Of a stretch of DNA of 64,000 nucleotides, positions 13,451 to 27,339 are shown piece after piece (the first letter of the stretch is position 1; the number at the start of each line of letters is the position of its first letter). Source of the stretch: Octopus sinensis (lineage: Eukaryota). The stretch is from positions 100,750,001-100,814,000 of the forward strand of contig NC_043004.1 of NCBI RefSeq assembly GCF_006345805.1, in the 5' to 3' direction. Position numbers and translations under genes: made by a program. The notes below the pieces were generated by a model. The model was given only the letters and a program-made list of their open reading frames with translations, ran no database searches and was not told where the DNA came from.

Positions 13451-13622
13451 GACTATTGACGTAAAGTTCCAAATTTGGGGAACATCTTTTCGGTGATCAA
13501 TTCTTAAACAAAAAATTCTTTTGTCGAGATTCCGTCCCTATATCAGCAGAAATTTAACTAAATCCCGCTGTTTTTCAGCATAGTAAATATTTCGAATATA
13601 TGTACATAAACTCTTTTACACA

Positions 13623-13863
13623 TTTACTCTTTTACTTGTTTCAGTCATTTGACTGTGGCCATGCTGGAGCACCGCCTTTAGTCGAGCAAATCGACCCCAG
13701 GACTTATTCTCTGTAAGCCTAGTACTTATTCTATCGGTCTCTTTTGCTGAACCGCTAAGTTACGGTACGTAAACACACCAACATTGGTTTTCAAGCGATG
13801 TTGGGGGGACAAAAACAGACATACAAACACACACACGCATATACATACAAAGACACACACACA

Positions 13864-13945
<82 letters not shown>

Positions 13946-14112
13946 CATATATATATGACGGGCTTCTTTCGGTTTCCGTCTATCAAATCCACTCACAAGG
14001 CTTTGGTCTGCCCGAAGATATACTAGAAGACACTTGCCCAAGGTGCCACGCAGTGGGACTGGACCCGGAACCATGTGGTTGGCAAGCAAGCTACTTACCA
14101 CACAGCCACTCC
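13623..14112 (-). mobile_element. SINE family A
   Basis: Reverse complement of 852-1231, with expanded internal CA/TA tract. Confidence 0.85.
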
Positions 14113-14346
14113 TACGCCTTTCGTCCGAAAATTAAAGGTTACATTAGTAGGCATTGGGACTTAACCCGGCTGATTTTTGCAAATGATATGACTATGGTGT
14201 ACTGTTACGTCAGTTTCTCATTTGTTACTGCGGACTTTAAACGTGTGGCCATTGATTTCAGTTTCCGTTCAAAAATCGGGAGTAGTTTCACCGTGATACT
14301 CGTACTTTATTTATATTTAAAGTCACTTTCTGCTTCATATATATAG

Positions 14347-14727
14347 GAGCACTCCGTCGGTTACGACGACGAGGGTTCCGGTTGGTCCGAATCAACGGAA
14401 CAGCCTGCTCGTGAAATTAACGTGTAAGTGGCTGAGCACTCCACAGACACGTGTACCCTTAACGTAGTTCTCGGGGATATTCAGCGTGACACAGAGAGTG
14501 ACAAGGCCGGCCCTTTGAAATACAGGTACAACAGAAACAGGAAGTAAGAGTGAGAGAAAGTTGTGGTGAAAGAGTACAGCAGGGATCACCACCATCCCCT
14601 GCCGGAGCCTCGTGGAGCTTTAGGTGTTTTCGCTCAATAAACACTCACAACGCCCGGTCTGGGAATCGAAACCGCGATCCTATGACCGCGAGTCCGCTGC
14701 CCTAACCACTGGGCCATTGCCCCTCCA
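14347..14727 (-). mobile_element. SINE family C (young, tRNA-derived head)
   Basis: Near-identical to 23343-23714 and 25676-26060. Confidence 0.9.
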
Positions 14728-14971
14728 CGCTTTATATATATATATTGTTGCTAAGAAGAGAAATGATAGAACCATTCAATACAGATGGGACTCGAGTTCT
14801 TCAGTCTAAACAGTTGATGGTAGACATCTCTTGGAAAACCATAGCCAGTGAAGCGCTCTCAGTTGCTTACAGTTCTGTAGACGAATCACTAAGGCGATAT
14901 GTTTCTCTCGAGGTCTAGAAGCTTTGAACCAGCAAGAGACAGCTGGGTTTGGGTAAAACACTGTAAATAAT

Positions 14972-15488
14972 TAGCGTAAATCCTCGAGTATAGTCCGCCC
15001 TTGAGTATAATACGCAGGCGATTTTTAGGGGGCTGTACCTCTGAAAAACCTAAAACTTCTATATAATACGCACCCCTTCTCTAACTTGAGTCAAGGAGGT
15101 CTATATAACGTCCTTGGTTTGTAAAAATGTATACAGTAACGTCCTTTATTATTATTGTACATATAACATAATCCAAAAGTGTAGGTTTTTTGTGTATTTT
15201 GTTCGCAGAAAATAAAGAAATAACAGTAATAACGTTTAATAAATGTTGCTTACTGTAAGTTATGGGTGATTCTTTTATGACTTCATTGCTTTCAGGTTTA
15301 GCTTAAAGTATTTTCGCGTCCGGCATCACAAAATACGCCTGAATAAACATTGCCGGACAGCAAATAGAGACTTGGACATTGCTTAGAAGATATTTTTCAT
15401 TTTTAACTTCGTATATAGTACACACTAGGAATTTTGACCATTAAATTTTGTGAAAAAAAGTGCGGATTATATTCGAGGATTTAGGGTA
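14972..15488. mobile_element. Tc1/pogo-type non-autonomous element (MITE)
   Basis: Imperfect TIRs TA(G/C)C(G/C)TAAATCCTCGA(G/A)TATA(G/A)TCCGC at both ends, TA termini, no ORF. Confidence 0.75.
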
Positions 15489-15930
15489 GCTACTTAGGTG
15501 CGGTCATGAGCAAATTGCAACCCGCAGGATCTCTGAATAGCACACCTAATGAAAAATGACATTGAATTTTTTAAGTGGTGCAGTGCTCCTGATGATTGAC
15601 TATGTTATTCACCCTGTTTTTCGGAAGTGGGTTGTGCATACGTGTTTTAGAGGAGCAAAACATTTGAGGAGGTAAGCAGAGAAGACACTAACTTTTGTGA
15701 ACTAGCGGCTGGAGAGTATCGCTATCAAATAGATTCCTATCAAACCATCTAAGAGAATTGGTTTGAGATGCGCCATCTGTATAAGGCATGTTGTGTTGCA
15801 TTTGCTATTAATATACCTTCCAGCCTTCTAACATTTGTGGGACAATTCTACATAAGATATTTGTGTTATCAACTAACGTTTACCCAGTGAGTTATGATAT
15901 TCGCAAACTTCTCTAAACACACGTGCGCGT

Positions 15931-15983
<53 letters not shown>

Positions 15984-17326
15984 TGCACAAATACACACAA
16001 ACACGCACATACGCAGACACATACAGCAATTATCTTTAATGGAACGAAGGATTTTGTTAATTTATTATTTTTATTAATCCCCTTTTTTTAATAAAAAAAA
16101 AAAGTGTTTCGAAAATTCAAAACAAAAAAAATTGCAATTATCTCTATGGGCACTGTTTGTTCTAAATTTATTATCCCTGTTAATTCCATTAAAACAAACA
16201 CACACACGCCTGAACACTCACTCACACACACACGCACGCGTCTGCAACCACTCACACACACGCACACACATGCACAAACACACGCACGCACACACGCAAT
16301 CAAACACATACAAACAAATTAATTTTTATTATTTTTGTGTTTATTTTATTTTAGTATTTACCCCTTTCATTATTAATTTTATTAATCTCCCTTTTTTTCC
16401 CTTTAAATTGTAATTATTTTTAGCTTGAACCCTATTTCTCTTCTGAACTAATTAACATTCTGTTCTCTCCCCGCCTCCTTTTTTAGATTGTTGTTTCTTT
16501 GGGGGTTTTTTCGTCTCTTTTTTTTATTATTATTGTGGGAGTTTTTTTGTTTTTGTTAGTTTAATTTCATTTCATTTTCATTTTACGTTGTTCCTTCTTA
16601 AATAACTATTGCTGTCCTGGATCTCATTTCACACACCACAAAATCACCACCCACCACCACCACCACTACCACAACCACTACTACTACTACTACACTACTA
16701 CTACTACTACCACTACTATTTGGGGTGTGGATTGGCAGAATCAGTAGAACGCCTGACAAAATGACTTGCACCATTTACTGCCAATCCTTTGCTTTCTGTG
16801 ATCAAACCCATTGAGGTCGACTTTGCATCTCTCTGGAGCCGACAAAAGAAGTAACAATTCATTAATGAGATCAATTGTTACGTATAGTTTTGACTTGGTC
16901 AAATAGATTCTGTAAAGAAGATCATCCGGGCATTTGTGATTTGCGCCGACACCGAGGTTACTTAACGTATATCACGTACTCTCGTTCCTTGAGATTCGAG
17001 ATATCTGGGCCCACCCTCTTGCACTTTTCGTCTGCGCCTTTGGCAAAGCAGTGCTGCCTTCATAACCGAACGTAGATGAGATCGATGAGAACTAATACTG
17101 GTAAATTGTCAGTTCGATTGTAATATTTTCCCTTAAATACCAATGTAGCTAAACAGAAGGTTTTAAATAATATCATCAAAAATATTTACTAAACTGAGTT
17201 TTGCGAGCGATACATTCAAATATAATTGACTTCAGTTCAGTTTCCATTCAAAGTTATTGCTATTGTTGATGTTAGTTTTTTTTTCTCTTTTACGTGTTTG
17301 TGCTGGAACACAACCATGAAGAACTT

Positions 17327-17712
17327 TAGTCGAACGAATCGATAAGACTTGTACTTATTCTACCGGTCACTTTTGCCGAACTGCTTAGTTACAGAGACAT
17401 AAAAATATACACACCAGTTGTCAAGCGGTGCTGAGTGACAAACACACACAAACACACACACAGAGTCCAGCTAGAGGAGATGTCCTCTTGAGGTTAAAAA
17501 ATCATAGAAGAGTCTGCTCGAACGGACAGCCCTGTTGAAGTGGCTACGAATATAACATATATATATATATATTCACGACCGTTTTCGTTCAGTTTCTGTC
17601 TACCAAATCCACTCACAAGGAAGCTACAGAAGACACTTTCCCAAGGGTCCGCCGTGCATTGGCACTAATCCCAGAACCCCGTGGATGGGCAGCAAGCTTC
17701 TTACCACACAGC
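17327..17712 (-). mobile_element. Diverged SINE family A with an insertion
   Basis: GTACTTATTCTACCGGTC..TTGTCAAGCG..TACCAAATCCACTCACAAGG. Confidence 0.65.
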
Positions 17713-18125
17713 GATGCTTTGCAAATTTTTCTTTTTTGTGATTTTTCTTTTTTTGCTCTTGTCGCGAATTTCTTATTAAACAATTCTATATCTCTCCGAT
17801 CTGTTGTTTATCGGTTAACTCAAAGTAGCCTTGATGCGGTAGACCTATGCCCAAAGACAGTCTAACCAGGACCATCACATCTTTACTGCAGGCATAAATT
17901 ATCTGATGCTATAAATATCAATATCATATCTCAAATGTCCTTGTCTTGTTTTTAAGATTATGGAGCGCTTAAATTCGAGATAGAATTTACGGTTTTTCTA
18001 TTGTAACAAACGAACGTGCAGTAATCTTCTCGCTGGATCGCCATCCTTTGTTGTTTCCTATGCAGAGATTGTGGGTCCAGGCAGATTTATCAATATCAAT
18101 GGCGAATCCGATGTCACCGAGAGAT

Positions 18126-18430
18126 AGTTAGTTAGTTAGTTAGTTAATTTTTTGGCTCAAAAAGCAAAATGCAAGGCCATGTAGGGGGACATGGAGTTAT
18201 GTACAGGGTGGTGTTCATGTAAAGAGTTCAGGCCACTTGAGGTCAAGGGAGACTTTGAACAAAGCGGTCATCGGCATCTTCACCATCTCGTCTGGCAGCT
18301 TGTTCCACGGATCTGCATCCAGGACGGAGAAAGCCCCTCTCCTTCGATTGAGAGGAAATCGTCGCAGATAGAGCTTTTCTGAATGGTTCATAATGTTTAA
18401 TGCAGCTCTCCTGTTTTTCTTGAGATAAGT
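18126..18430 (-). mobile_element. 3' end of CR1/L2-like LINE with (TAAC)n tail
   Basis: LRRFPLNRRRGAFSV..DPWNKLPDEMV..LFKVSLDLKW* (CR1-type WN.LP motif), short UTR, then tetranucleotide tail. Confidence 0.7.
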
Positions 18431-19779
18431 CATTTAAGCTCTCTCGGGTCTGATCGTTTCTATTGTACAGGAACCCAATCATCTAAACTTTGTAAACTCC
18501 TGGTTTAGCTATTGTTCGGATTGTGGCTAATTGCTTCCATTGGCTCCAGTGCTTATGGAGAATGATCGTTAAATGTATGTTTGCCTTCTTTATATCTATA
18601 AAGCAAATACTATGCGATTAACAAAATAGGTTGTCGTGAAAACAGCAAAGAGATGAAATGATCAATTCCTGATAGACAAAACAATGCTCGAAGATTGTAG
18701 GAGAAGACACAAATTTAGCGATGCCATGAACGTATTATGGAAACGTGAAATATTCCAAATAGTAGTGGAATATTTCAGTGTATTAGTATATTGCCCTTCT
18801 AACTTGTAGTGACGCGATACTGATGACATTGATATTGTGAAAGACAGGAGTCGAGTATAAAGGAAGAAAAAGGATTTTAAATCAATCATCTATCCTTTAT
18901 GTTCGATCATGAACTATTTGTGAAGAATGAGAACTAGATAGGTTAATTAGCCTTAAACAGTTAATTTATTCAGCAAAATCTTAGGAATAGAATTTAGAAT
19001 AAAGAAGTCTAGCATACTTAAAAAGAGAGGAAGATGGTGTTACTTTAGGGGTTGGTGTTATGTGAAAGCACAGAAATGAAAAATATTAAGGAGAATGGAC
19101 ATAAATTTTTAGGGAGACAAGAAGTAGATAAAATCAAGAAAATTGCAGATACCGGGGAAGATAACAATTGAAGCTAAACAAAAAATTTAATGAAAGACAC
19201 ATACTATAAGGATAAACATATGGATGATATCAGAAATGGGATGCAGAACAAGTATACTTATATGAAATAAGTATTCCAAATGAGATATATAGAGAGTCAC
19301 CGTGTGTAATACGCTGAGAGGCCGTTTATAGTAAGATTTATGGAGCTACAATGTAATATCCTTAGAGACTGTTTCTAATAGAATATCTGGATTCGCAGAG
19401 TAATATACTGAGGTGCTGTTTATAGTGAGATATGAGCAGATATTATGGTTTACATGCTTGTACTGAGATATAACCTGCGATATACATATGGTATGATATT
19501 TTGAGTAAGCCGTTTATCATACATTAAATGGAGAGGAGGACGAATGATTGCCATGGAAACAATATCAGATCTGCAAAACGCACCCAGGCACACTCTGACC
19601 CCCTTTTCATTTTCTTTGAAATGATGCAGGCTACAATATTCAGTATGTCCTTCCTTTTTTTTTTCAAGCAAAGCGCTTTCGATTTAACTGTTATTTTTAG
19701 CATATCAAATGTCCACATAAAGACGTCTTTCTTGGTTCACGGGATGTACTATCGTTGGCGTTACTTTTGTTGCCGTTGG

Positions 19780-20237
19780 CCACGGTCTTACTGCTCTTGT
19801 TGGTGTTGTTGTTGGTGGCAACGATGATGATGGTGATGGTGATGGTGGTGATGATGGGATCTCTTCTTTTGCCGTTGGAGTGATTTTGGCTGTGGTTATT
19901 CGGATGTTGTTGATGATGATGATGGCATCATCAATTTTGCTGCCGTAGGCGGCAGCGTTGTTCCTGGTTGTAGTAGTAGTAGTAGTAGTAGGATCTCAAT
20001 AGTTGTAGCCAAAGGGATGATGATGTTGGGCGCCGAAGTTTTCACAATTCTATAGCAGCGGTGGCGCTTTTTGTTGTTACTGTTGTTATCGGCGTCGTCG
20101 TTGTTGTTGTTGTTGTTGTTGTGTTGTTGTTGTTGGTGGTGGTGGTGTGTGGTGGTGGTGGTGGTTGTGGGGGTGGGGGTCGTCGCTGTGGTAAATGAAT
20201 GGTGGTTGGAGCGGTGGTATTAGCAACAATGTTGTTT

Positions 20238-20269
<32 letters not shown>

Positions 20270-20860
20270 GGTGGTGGTGGTGTGGTGGTGTGGTGGTGGT
20301 GGTTGTGGGGGTGGGGGTCGTCGCTGTGGTAAATGAATGGTGGTTGGAGCGGTGGTATTAGCAACAATGTTGTTTTTGTTGTTGTTGTTGGTGGTGGTGG
20401 TGGATGTGGTGGTGGTGGTGGTGGTGGTGGTGGTGGTGGTGGTAGTGGTGGTCGTTGTTGTCGTAGTGGTGGTGTTGGTGGAAGTATGTCGTCGTCGTCG
20501 CCGTGGTAATTGAATGGTGGTTGGAGCCGTGGTATTAGCGACGATATTGTTTTTGTTGTTGTCGTTGGTTGTGGTGGTGGATGTGGTGGTTGTGGTGGTG
20601 GTGGTGGTGGCGGTGGTGGCGGTGGTGGCGGCGGTGGTGTTAGCAATGTAGAGGCGATTTGCTTTTCTTATTGGCGGTGTGGCGCGTGTGTCTAAGTCCT
20701 TATGCGTGTATATGTTTATATGCCTGCGTATGCGTGTGTGTATGTGCATGTGTGTGCGTGTGTGTATGTGCGTGGTGGTGGTGGTGGTGGTGGTGGTGGT
20801 GGTGGTGTGGTGGTGGTGGTGGTGGTGGTGGTGGTGGTGGTGGTGGTGGCGGTGGTAGTA
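19780..20860. repeat. (GGT)n/(GTT)n low-complexity region containing a composite minisatellite
   Basis: Unit core GTGGTAA(A/T)TGAATGGTGGTTGGAGC(G/C)GTGGTATTAGC at ~20187, ~20326 and ~20502. Confidence 0.85.
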
Positions 20861-21184
20861 GTTATGATGGAAATCGTTGTGTGGGAGAGAGCTATGTTGC
20901 GTTATTAACACGACATGCCTGCAAAATTTCATGCGAAAGACGAACATGGCAGAGCGTTTAGCATGATTGATTAGTTTCGTCTGTCACTGCTTGGAATCTC
21001 AGCCGCCATAACAAAAGCGGCATATTGCCTTTATCTCTCGGACGGAAACACTTTCTCTAAAACCTTCCAAATATTCTTCAGATTTTTAACCGAAAGGAAA
21101 TATATTTTCACGGTGACATTGAATTACGGGATTGGCCTAAGCTGTTTGCTGTTAATCGTAAATGCTATTGTTTTAGCAGTTGAG

Positions 21185-21185
21185 T

Positions 21186-21223
<38 letters not shown>

Positions 21224-21244
21224 TGTGATGATGATGATGATGAC

Positions 21245-21301
<57 letters not shown>

Positions 21302-21325
21302 GGTGGTGATGATGACGACGACGAC

Positions 21326-21360
<35 letters not shown>

Positions 21361-21361
21361 C

Positions 21362-21400
<39 letters not shown>

Positions 21401-21450
21401 AATGGTGATGATGATGATGGTGAAGATGATGATGATGATGATGATGAAAA
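21185..21450. repeat. (GAT)n microsatellite
   Basis: Directly visible. Confidence 0.95.
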
Positions 21451-21665
21451 TATGGTAATTCTTTGCATAACTCTCTCCTTGTTGATGTAGTGTATGTATG
21501 AATAGCAGTTATATAGATGTGTGTGTCTGTCTGTATGTGTCTGAGTATGTGTGTCTGAGTGTGTATGTGTGTGTGTTCATTATGTATGTGTTTAAGTGTG
21601 TGTATACATGTATGTTTGTACGTATTTTTGTGCGTATATATGCATGTGTGTATTTATGTACGCAT

Positions 21666-21800
21666 GTATTTCGTCCGCCGCTGCGTTCTGAGTTCAAATT
21701 CCGCTGAGGTAGACTTTGCCTTTCATCCTTTCGGGGTCGATAAATAAAGTACCAGTTTCGCACTGGGGTTGATGTAATTGACTTAATCCCTTTGTCTGTA
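21666..21800 (+). mobile_element. SINE family B, 5'-truncated
   Basis: Matches 23810-23945. Confidence 0.8.
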
Positions 21801-22364
21801 TGTTTGTATGTGTGTATGAATGTATGAATGTATGAATGTACGTATGTATATATGCATGCATATATGTATAAACTTGTGACACTACATTTTAACTGCTAAA
21901 GACAATTCCACCGCAGTTTACCGAAGAGAAAATGCTCTCAATTTTGGTCAAAGTGCAAAGAAACCATTATCAGCTCATTAAAACCAATATCAGAATGTAA
22001 AGAAGCCAATATCAGAAATGTATTTCTGACTCGTTATGCCTTCCTCAGTAGAAGATACCAAAGAAAAGTAACCCAGTCACAGCTTTATAGAGAGTCAATC
22101 AATATAGTGGTTGCCTGCGCCACTAGACCGCCTGTCTCAGCAAATACATAAGTTGTAATGCGAAGCGGTGATGGGAAATGATCAAGATTTAGGTTAGTTC
22201 AAATATTTTTATGAAAATATTTTAACTTCTATAGGCAATTTCACTACTGTTTACCGTGGAGAAGAAAATTTTCGTTTCCAGTGAATATTTAAATAGAGCC
22301 TTATCAGCTCAGTAGCGTCGTCTACTGGACTTCTAGATAATGTATGCATAATATACATACATAC

Positions 22365-22401
<37 letters not shown>

Positions 22402-22412
22402 AACATACACAC

Positions 22413-22443
<31 letters not shown>

Positions 22444-22523
22444 TAGAGAGATTGATAGATAGATAGATAGATAGATACATGTATATACATCTATATATCT
22501 ATCTATCTATCTATCTATCTCTC

Positions 22524-22582
<59 letters not shown>

Positions 22583-23342
22583 GGCAAACAAGAAAATGGA
22601 GAGGATAAACAATCGACAAACATCCGCCAGTAAACATTCAATTATATCTATTTATTAATTGATTACAAACATATGTGTAAGTGATTCAAGTAAACGAATG
22701 AAATATCCTTTAGACGGTTTCTTAACCTCTAACTCATGCAGACGTATATATATATATATATATATATATGCATAAATTTAGATTCAGATGAATTAGGTAC
22801 TTGAGTTGATGCATTTATGGGTACAGGACGTTTCAAACTGTGCAAACAACATGAAGTACGAAAAGAAATGAGTTAAATACGCAAACAACGAGAGAGAAAA
22901 TGGAAAACTGGACAAGTAACACAAAGAACAACCTTTCAGCAGTTGTCGGCTGTCTATCTACTTCTCATTTCGAGCATTCAAAAAATGTGTGTGTGTGTGT
23001 GTGTGTGTGTCTGTGTGTGTATTTTATGTGTCCGTGAGTGGAAATGAAGGAGACAGACAGACATACGCACACGCATTCATTAGAAATCGTAGGTTCATGA
23101 TTTCTTCTGTTGTTCTTGGAGTGTCGTGCTTCAAGCGCTTATTCTGGCAAACTATGAAACGAACTGAGTAGAAGGAACAACTGTTTAAGCCGTTCCCCAT
23201 CGTTCGAGAACAATTCGCATAATTATCTGCGTCACACACCTGAAGATAATGGCGCTGCTGATGTTTACTGTATGTAACTGCTACGGTGTAGGCGAGATCA
23301 TTCCGAACTGTGAATGACTGTAGCAGTTAGTTTATATATATG

Positions 23343-23714
23343 GAAGCACTCCGTCGGTTACGACGACGAGGGTTCCGGTTGATCCGAATCAACCGAACAG
23401 CCTGCTCGTGAATTTAACGTGTAAGTGGCTGAGCACTCCACAGACACGTGTACCCTTAACGTAGTTCTCGGGGATATTCAGCGTGACACAGAGAGTGACA
23501 AGGCCGGCCCTTTGAAATACAGGTACAACAGAAACAGGAAGTAAGAGTGAGAGAAAGTTGTGGTGAAAGAGTACAGCACCATCCCTGCCGAAGCCTCGTG
23601 GAGCTTTAGGTGTTTTCGCTCAATAAACACTCACAACGCCCGGTCTGGGAATCGAAACCGCGATCCTATGACCGCGAGTCCGCTGCCCTAACCACTGGGC
23701 CATTGCGCCTCCAC
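23343..23714 (-). mobile_element. SINE family C with 13-bp TSD
   Basis: TAGCAGTTAGTTT at 23321-23333 and 23717-23729. Confidence 0.92.
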
Positions 23715-23760
23715 TTTAGCAGTTAGTTTGGTTTCGCAACGATTATAGTTTATTGTCTTA

Positions 23761-23993
23761 GGGCGGCGAGCTGATAGAAACGTTAGCACGCCGGGAGAAA
23801 TGCGTAGCCGTATTTCTTCCGCCGTTGTGTTCTGAGTTCAAATTCCGCTGAGGTAGAATTTGCCTTTCATCCTTTCGGGGTCGATAAATAAAGTACCAGT
23901 TTCGCACTGGGGTTGATGTAATAGACTTAATCCCTTTGTCTGTCCTTGTTTGTCCCCTCTATGTTTAACCCCTTGTGGGCAGTAAAGAAATAT
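23761..23993 (+). mobile_element. SINE family B, full length
   Basis: Head GGCGGCGAGCTG to tail GTAAAGAAATA. Confidence 0.85.
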
Positions 23994-24790
23994 ATAGTTT
24001 ATTGTCTTTGATGACTATGGAAGCGCCATGAACATTTCAGATTGTATGAATTGTCTAAAGAAAGCAGACAGACCAGACGGTACATCGGAACATTGGTTCA
24101 GTGTAATCACCAGATGTTGTAAGAATAGAAAGTTATGCCTACACGTTCGCACTCTGTTGTTATATGTGACAACTCTGTCACAATATTTCATGTTATGAAA
24201 GCACGTTCAGATCTGCGGTCTCTGATTTTCTGAAAATATTGGAATTTGAATGATTGTATATGCTGGTTGTATACGATCTATATATTTCCTTTAACTCCCG
24301 TAAAATTTTTTTCCATATATGCAAAGAATGCTATAGTTCCTCTGTATATAAATGCTTCAGGGACTCTTGATCTTCTAAGCAGAAAGGCTGAGGCTTTTCA
24401 AAAGATCTTGAAAAATTCTTTTTCAAAGTTCTTCATATAAGCAAAGAATAGATCCTCTCTATATCGACGCTTTAGGGACTCTCGATCTTCTAAGCAGAAA
24501 GACTCAGGGTTTTCAAAAGCTCTTTTTGGTTGTCGATACTCTATCCATGTATGAATTTTCTTTGAGTGCGTGACAGCTAATATGCAGAGACATCCGGATA
24601 AGAATAATCTATTTTAAGAGTATTAGTGTAGTAGAGTTTATGGTATTTGCGCTTAGTCGCGGCAACGGGCACTACCTACATTGGTTCTTACTTTCGTGTT
24701 AAATGATGGAATAAACAATATTCCTTTCTCCTCCGTGCTGTTGCATGCGAATATTTATATTAGTTTCCCACTAAAACCGCTTCTCGGTAT

Positions 24791-25123
24791 TCTTTTACTT
24801 GTTTTAGTCATTTGACTGTGGCCATGCTGGGGCACCGCAACTTTTAGTCGAATGTAACGACTCCAGTACTTATTTTTCTGAAGCCTGATACTTCACACCA
24901 GTACCGGTTGTCAATCAGTGGGGAGTGGGGAAACAAACACAATACAAAGGCACACATATATATACACGACGGCCTTCTTTCAGTTTCAATATACCAAATC
25001 TACTCACAAGGCTCTGGTCGGCCCGAAGCTATAGTAAAAGACACTTGCCCAGAGTTTCACGCAGTGGGACTGAACCCGGAACCAAGTGGTTTCGAAGCAA
25101 GCATCTTACTACACAGCCACGCC
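24791..25123 (-). mobile_element. SINE family A with internal deletion
   Basis: Tail and head match 13623-14112. Confidence 0.75.
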
Positions 25124-25675
25124 TGCGCTTATACAATGTAGCACATTGTTTTGATTGGAGACATTATTGTAATAACTCAATGAAGACGGCTTTAATTTAA
25201 TTCCCCCAAAACAAGACGATCATCTGTATAGCGAAGAACGCCACTACGCATCGCACAACCCTCAAAACCAACCAATCTCTCAAACAGTAGCCGATCTTCT
25301 TGGTCCCTAAACGGAAAGATCTCTTCCAATTTTACAGAGTCTTCTCTTTTCTTCTTAAGCATGATGGTTTTGTAAGCGATAAATGAACAGTTATTACCGT
25401 TTATAGAAGCAAAGGTCAGTTACTGCTGAACTATTGCGCTAGCGGCAAGACGGTCTGTACATGTGTATTGCTCCTTTTCCAATGTAAACAGGAATAAATT
25501 AAATGACTGTCGTAAAATTAGATAAAATAAATGTTAAATTACGATAGGGATTATTGAATGATAAAGTTGTGGATAAAGTTTCAAAGCTGAATTGGCAAAA
25601 TATATTCTATATCGCAATTGATTTTAAAAGATTACAGCCGAATTTTATTTTCAAACACTATGTATATAGTCAAAT

Positions 25676-26060
25676 GTGGAGGCGCAATGGCCCAATGGTT
25701 AGGGCAGCGGACTCGCGGTCATAGGATCGCGGTTTCGATTCCCAGACCGGGCGTTGTGAGTGTTTATTGAGCGAAAACACCTAAAGCTCCACGAGGCTCC
25801 GGCAGGGGATGGTGGTGATCCCTGCTGTACTCTTTCGCCACAACTTTCTCTCACTCTTACTTCCTGTTTCTGTTGTACCTGTATTTCAAAGGGCCGGCCT
25901 TGTCACTCTCTGTGTCACGCTGAATATCCCCGAGAACTACGTTAAGGGTACACGTGTCTGTGGAGTGCTCAGCCACATACACGTTAAATTCACGAGCAGG
26001 CTGTTCCGTTGATTCGGATCAACCGGAACCCTCGTCGTCGTAACCGACGGAGTGCTTCCA
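25676..26060 (+). mobile_element. SINE family C with 12-bp TSD
   Basis: A-box TGGCCCAATGG, B-box GTTTCGATTCC; ATATAGTCAAAT at 25664-25675 and 26060-26071. Confidence 0.92.
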
Positions 26061-26161
26061 TATAGTCAAATCAAATAAGCGAACGGTAAAATTATCAATA
26101 ATAAACAAGAGGACGTGCACATGGAATGTATTAGTTTGACGTTCAGTAAAAAGGGTAGAAT

Positions 26162-26195
26162 TTTCGACGTTTCGAGCATAGCTCTTCATCGGAAA
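26162..26195 (-). ncRNA. Minimal type-I hammerhead motif (PLE pseudo-LTR type), C4 variant
   Basis: TTT CCGATGA A GAGC-TAT-GCTC GAAAC GTC GAAA. Confidence 0.6.
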
Positions 26196-26904
26196 GGAGA
26201 AAAGGAGAATTCCAATGAAGGATAAGAAATCACCGACAGCAATCATGTAATTATGTTGCTGAAGTGACCGGAAGTGGAAAGAGACAGATAAAGGGGTCTT
26301 TTTGGACAGGAGCATGTGACGACGACAGGATAGCGCGAAGATGTGTGTATGTCTGTGTGTGGAGGGGAAGGTAGTAGTATTTGTGTGCGTGTGTGTTTGT
26401 GTTTATGATGTACGCATGAGGGTGTGAGTCAACGAGCAGGTTAGTGGCCGGTGTTTGATTCGGTTGAGAGAGGTGAATGTGGTTGGCTGTAGCTGCATGA
26501 GTGTGGTTATATGCTTGCATGTGTGCGTATGACGGAGTGAGAATGTATGTGTGTGCGTATGTGCGTATGAGTGCATGTGTGTCTGTGTGTGTGTGTGCAT
26601 CTTTGTGTGTGCGCATGAAAGAGAGAGAGAGGTGACACGTGTGTGGGTGCGTTGGTGCAGCTGTGCATGTTGTTTTTATGTGTGCAGTCGTGCGTGAGTT
26701 CGTATATGTGTGCGAGTATATATATATATATATATTATATATATATATATATATGCGTATGAATGTGTGTGTGTGACTGTGTGTATGTATGTATGTGTGT
26801 GTGTATGAGTATGTATGAGGGGTATGTGTCTGTGTGTGCGTGTGTCTGTATCTCTCTATATATATGTATGTATATATGTATAGATAGACAGACAATCATA
26901 CAGA

Positions 26905-27125
<221 letters not shown>

Positions 27126-27339
27126 TATGGAAAAGGAGGTTGTCAATTATTTATATAGCGCTTTCGTCGCATTCATAATGATTCATTGAGAGGATTGATA
27201 GCACTAAACAGTTTTTATCCAAAATGTGACATCTTTTTCTTAATATATGAAATGTGTACAGCACTTGAAGCAATCTATAAATATGTTGTTGTTGCTGTTG
27301 TTGTCGTTGCAGCTGCTGCTGCTGCTACTGATGCTGATA

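Noticed and set aside
20100-20600. Repeat-spacer pattern resembling a CRISPR array
   Set aside because: Eukaryotic context; the spacers are simple trinucleotide repeats; no cas genes.
22705-22745. CTGCATGA...GAAACCGTC hammerhead-like string (minus)
   Set aside because: Core has an insertion and stem I cannot form.
25679-25752. tRNA gene-like sequence (also 14655-14727, 23640-23714, 49035-49110)
   Set aside because: A/B boxes present, but it continues into a SINE body with TSDs and has no proper acceptor stem; it is a SINE head.
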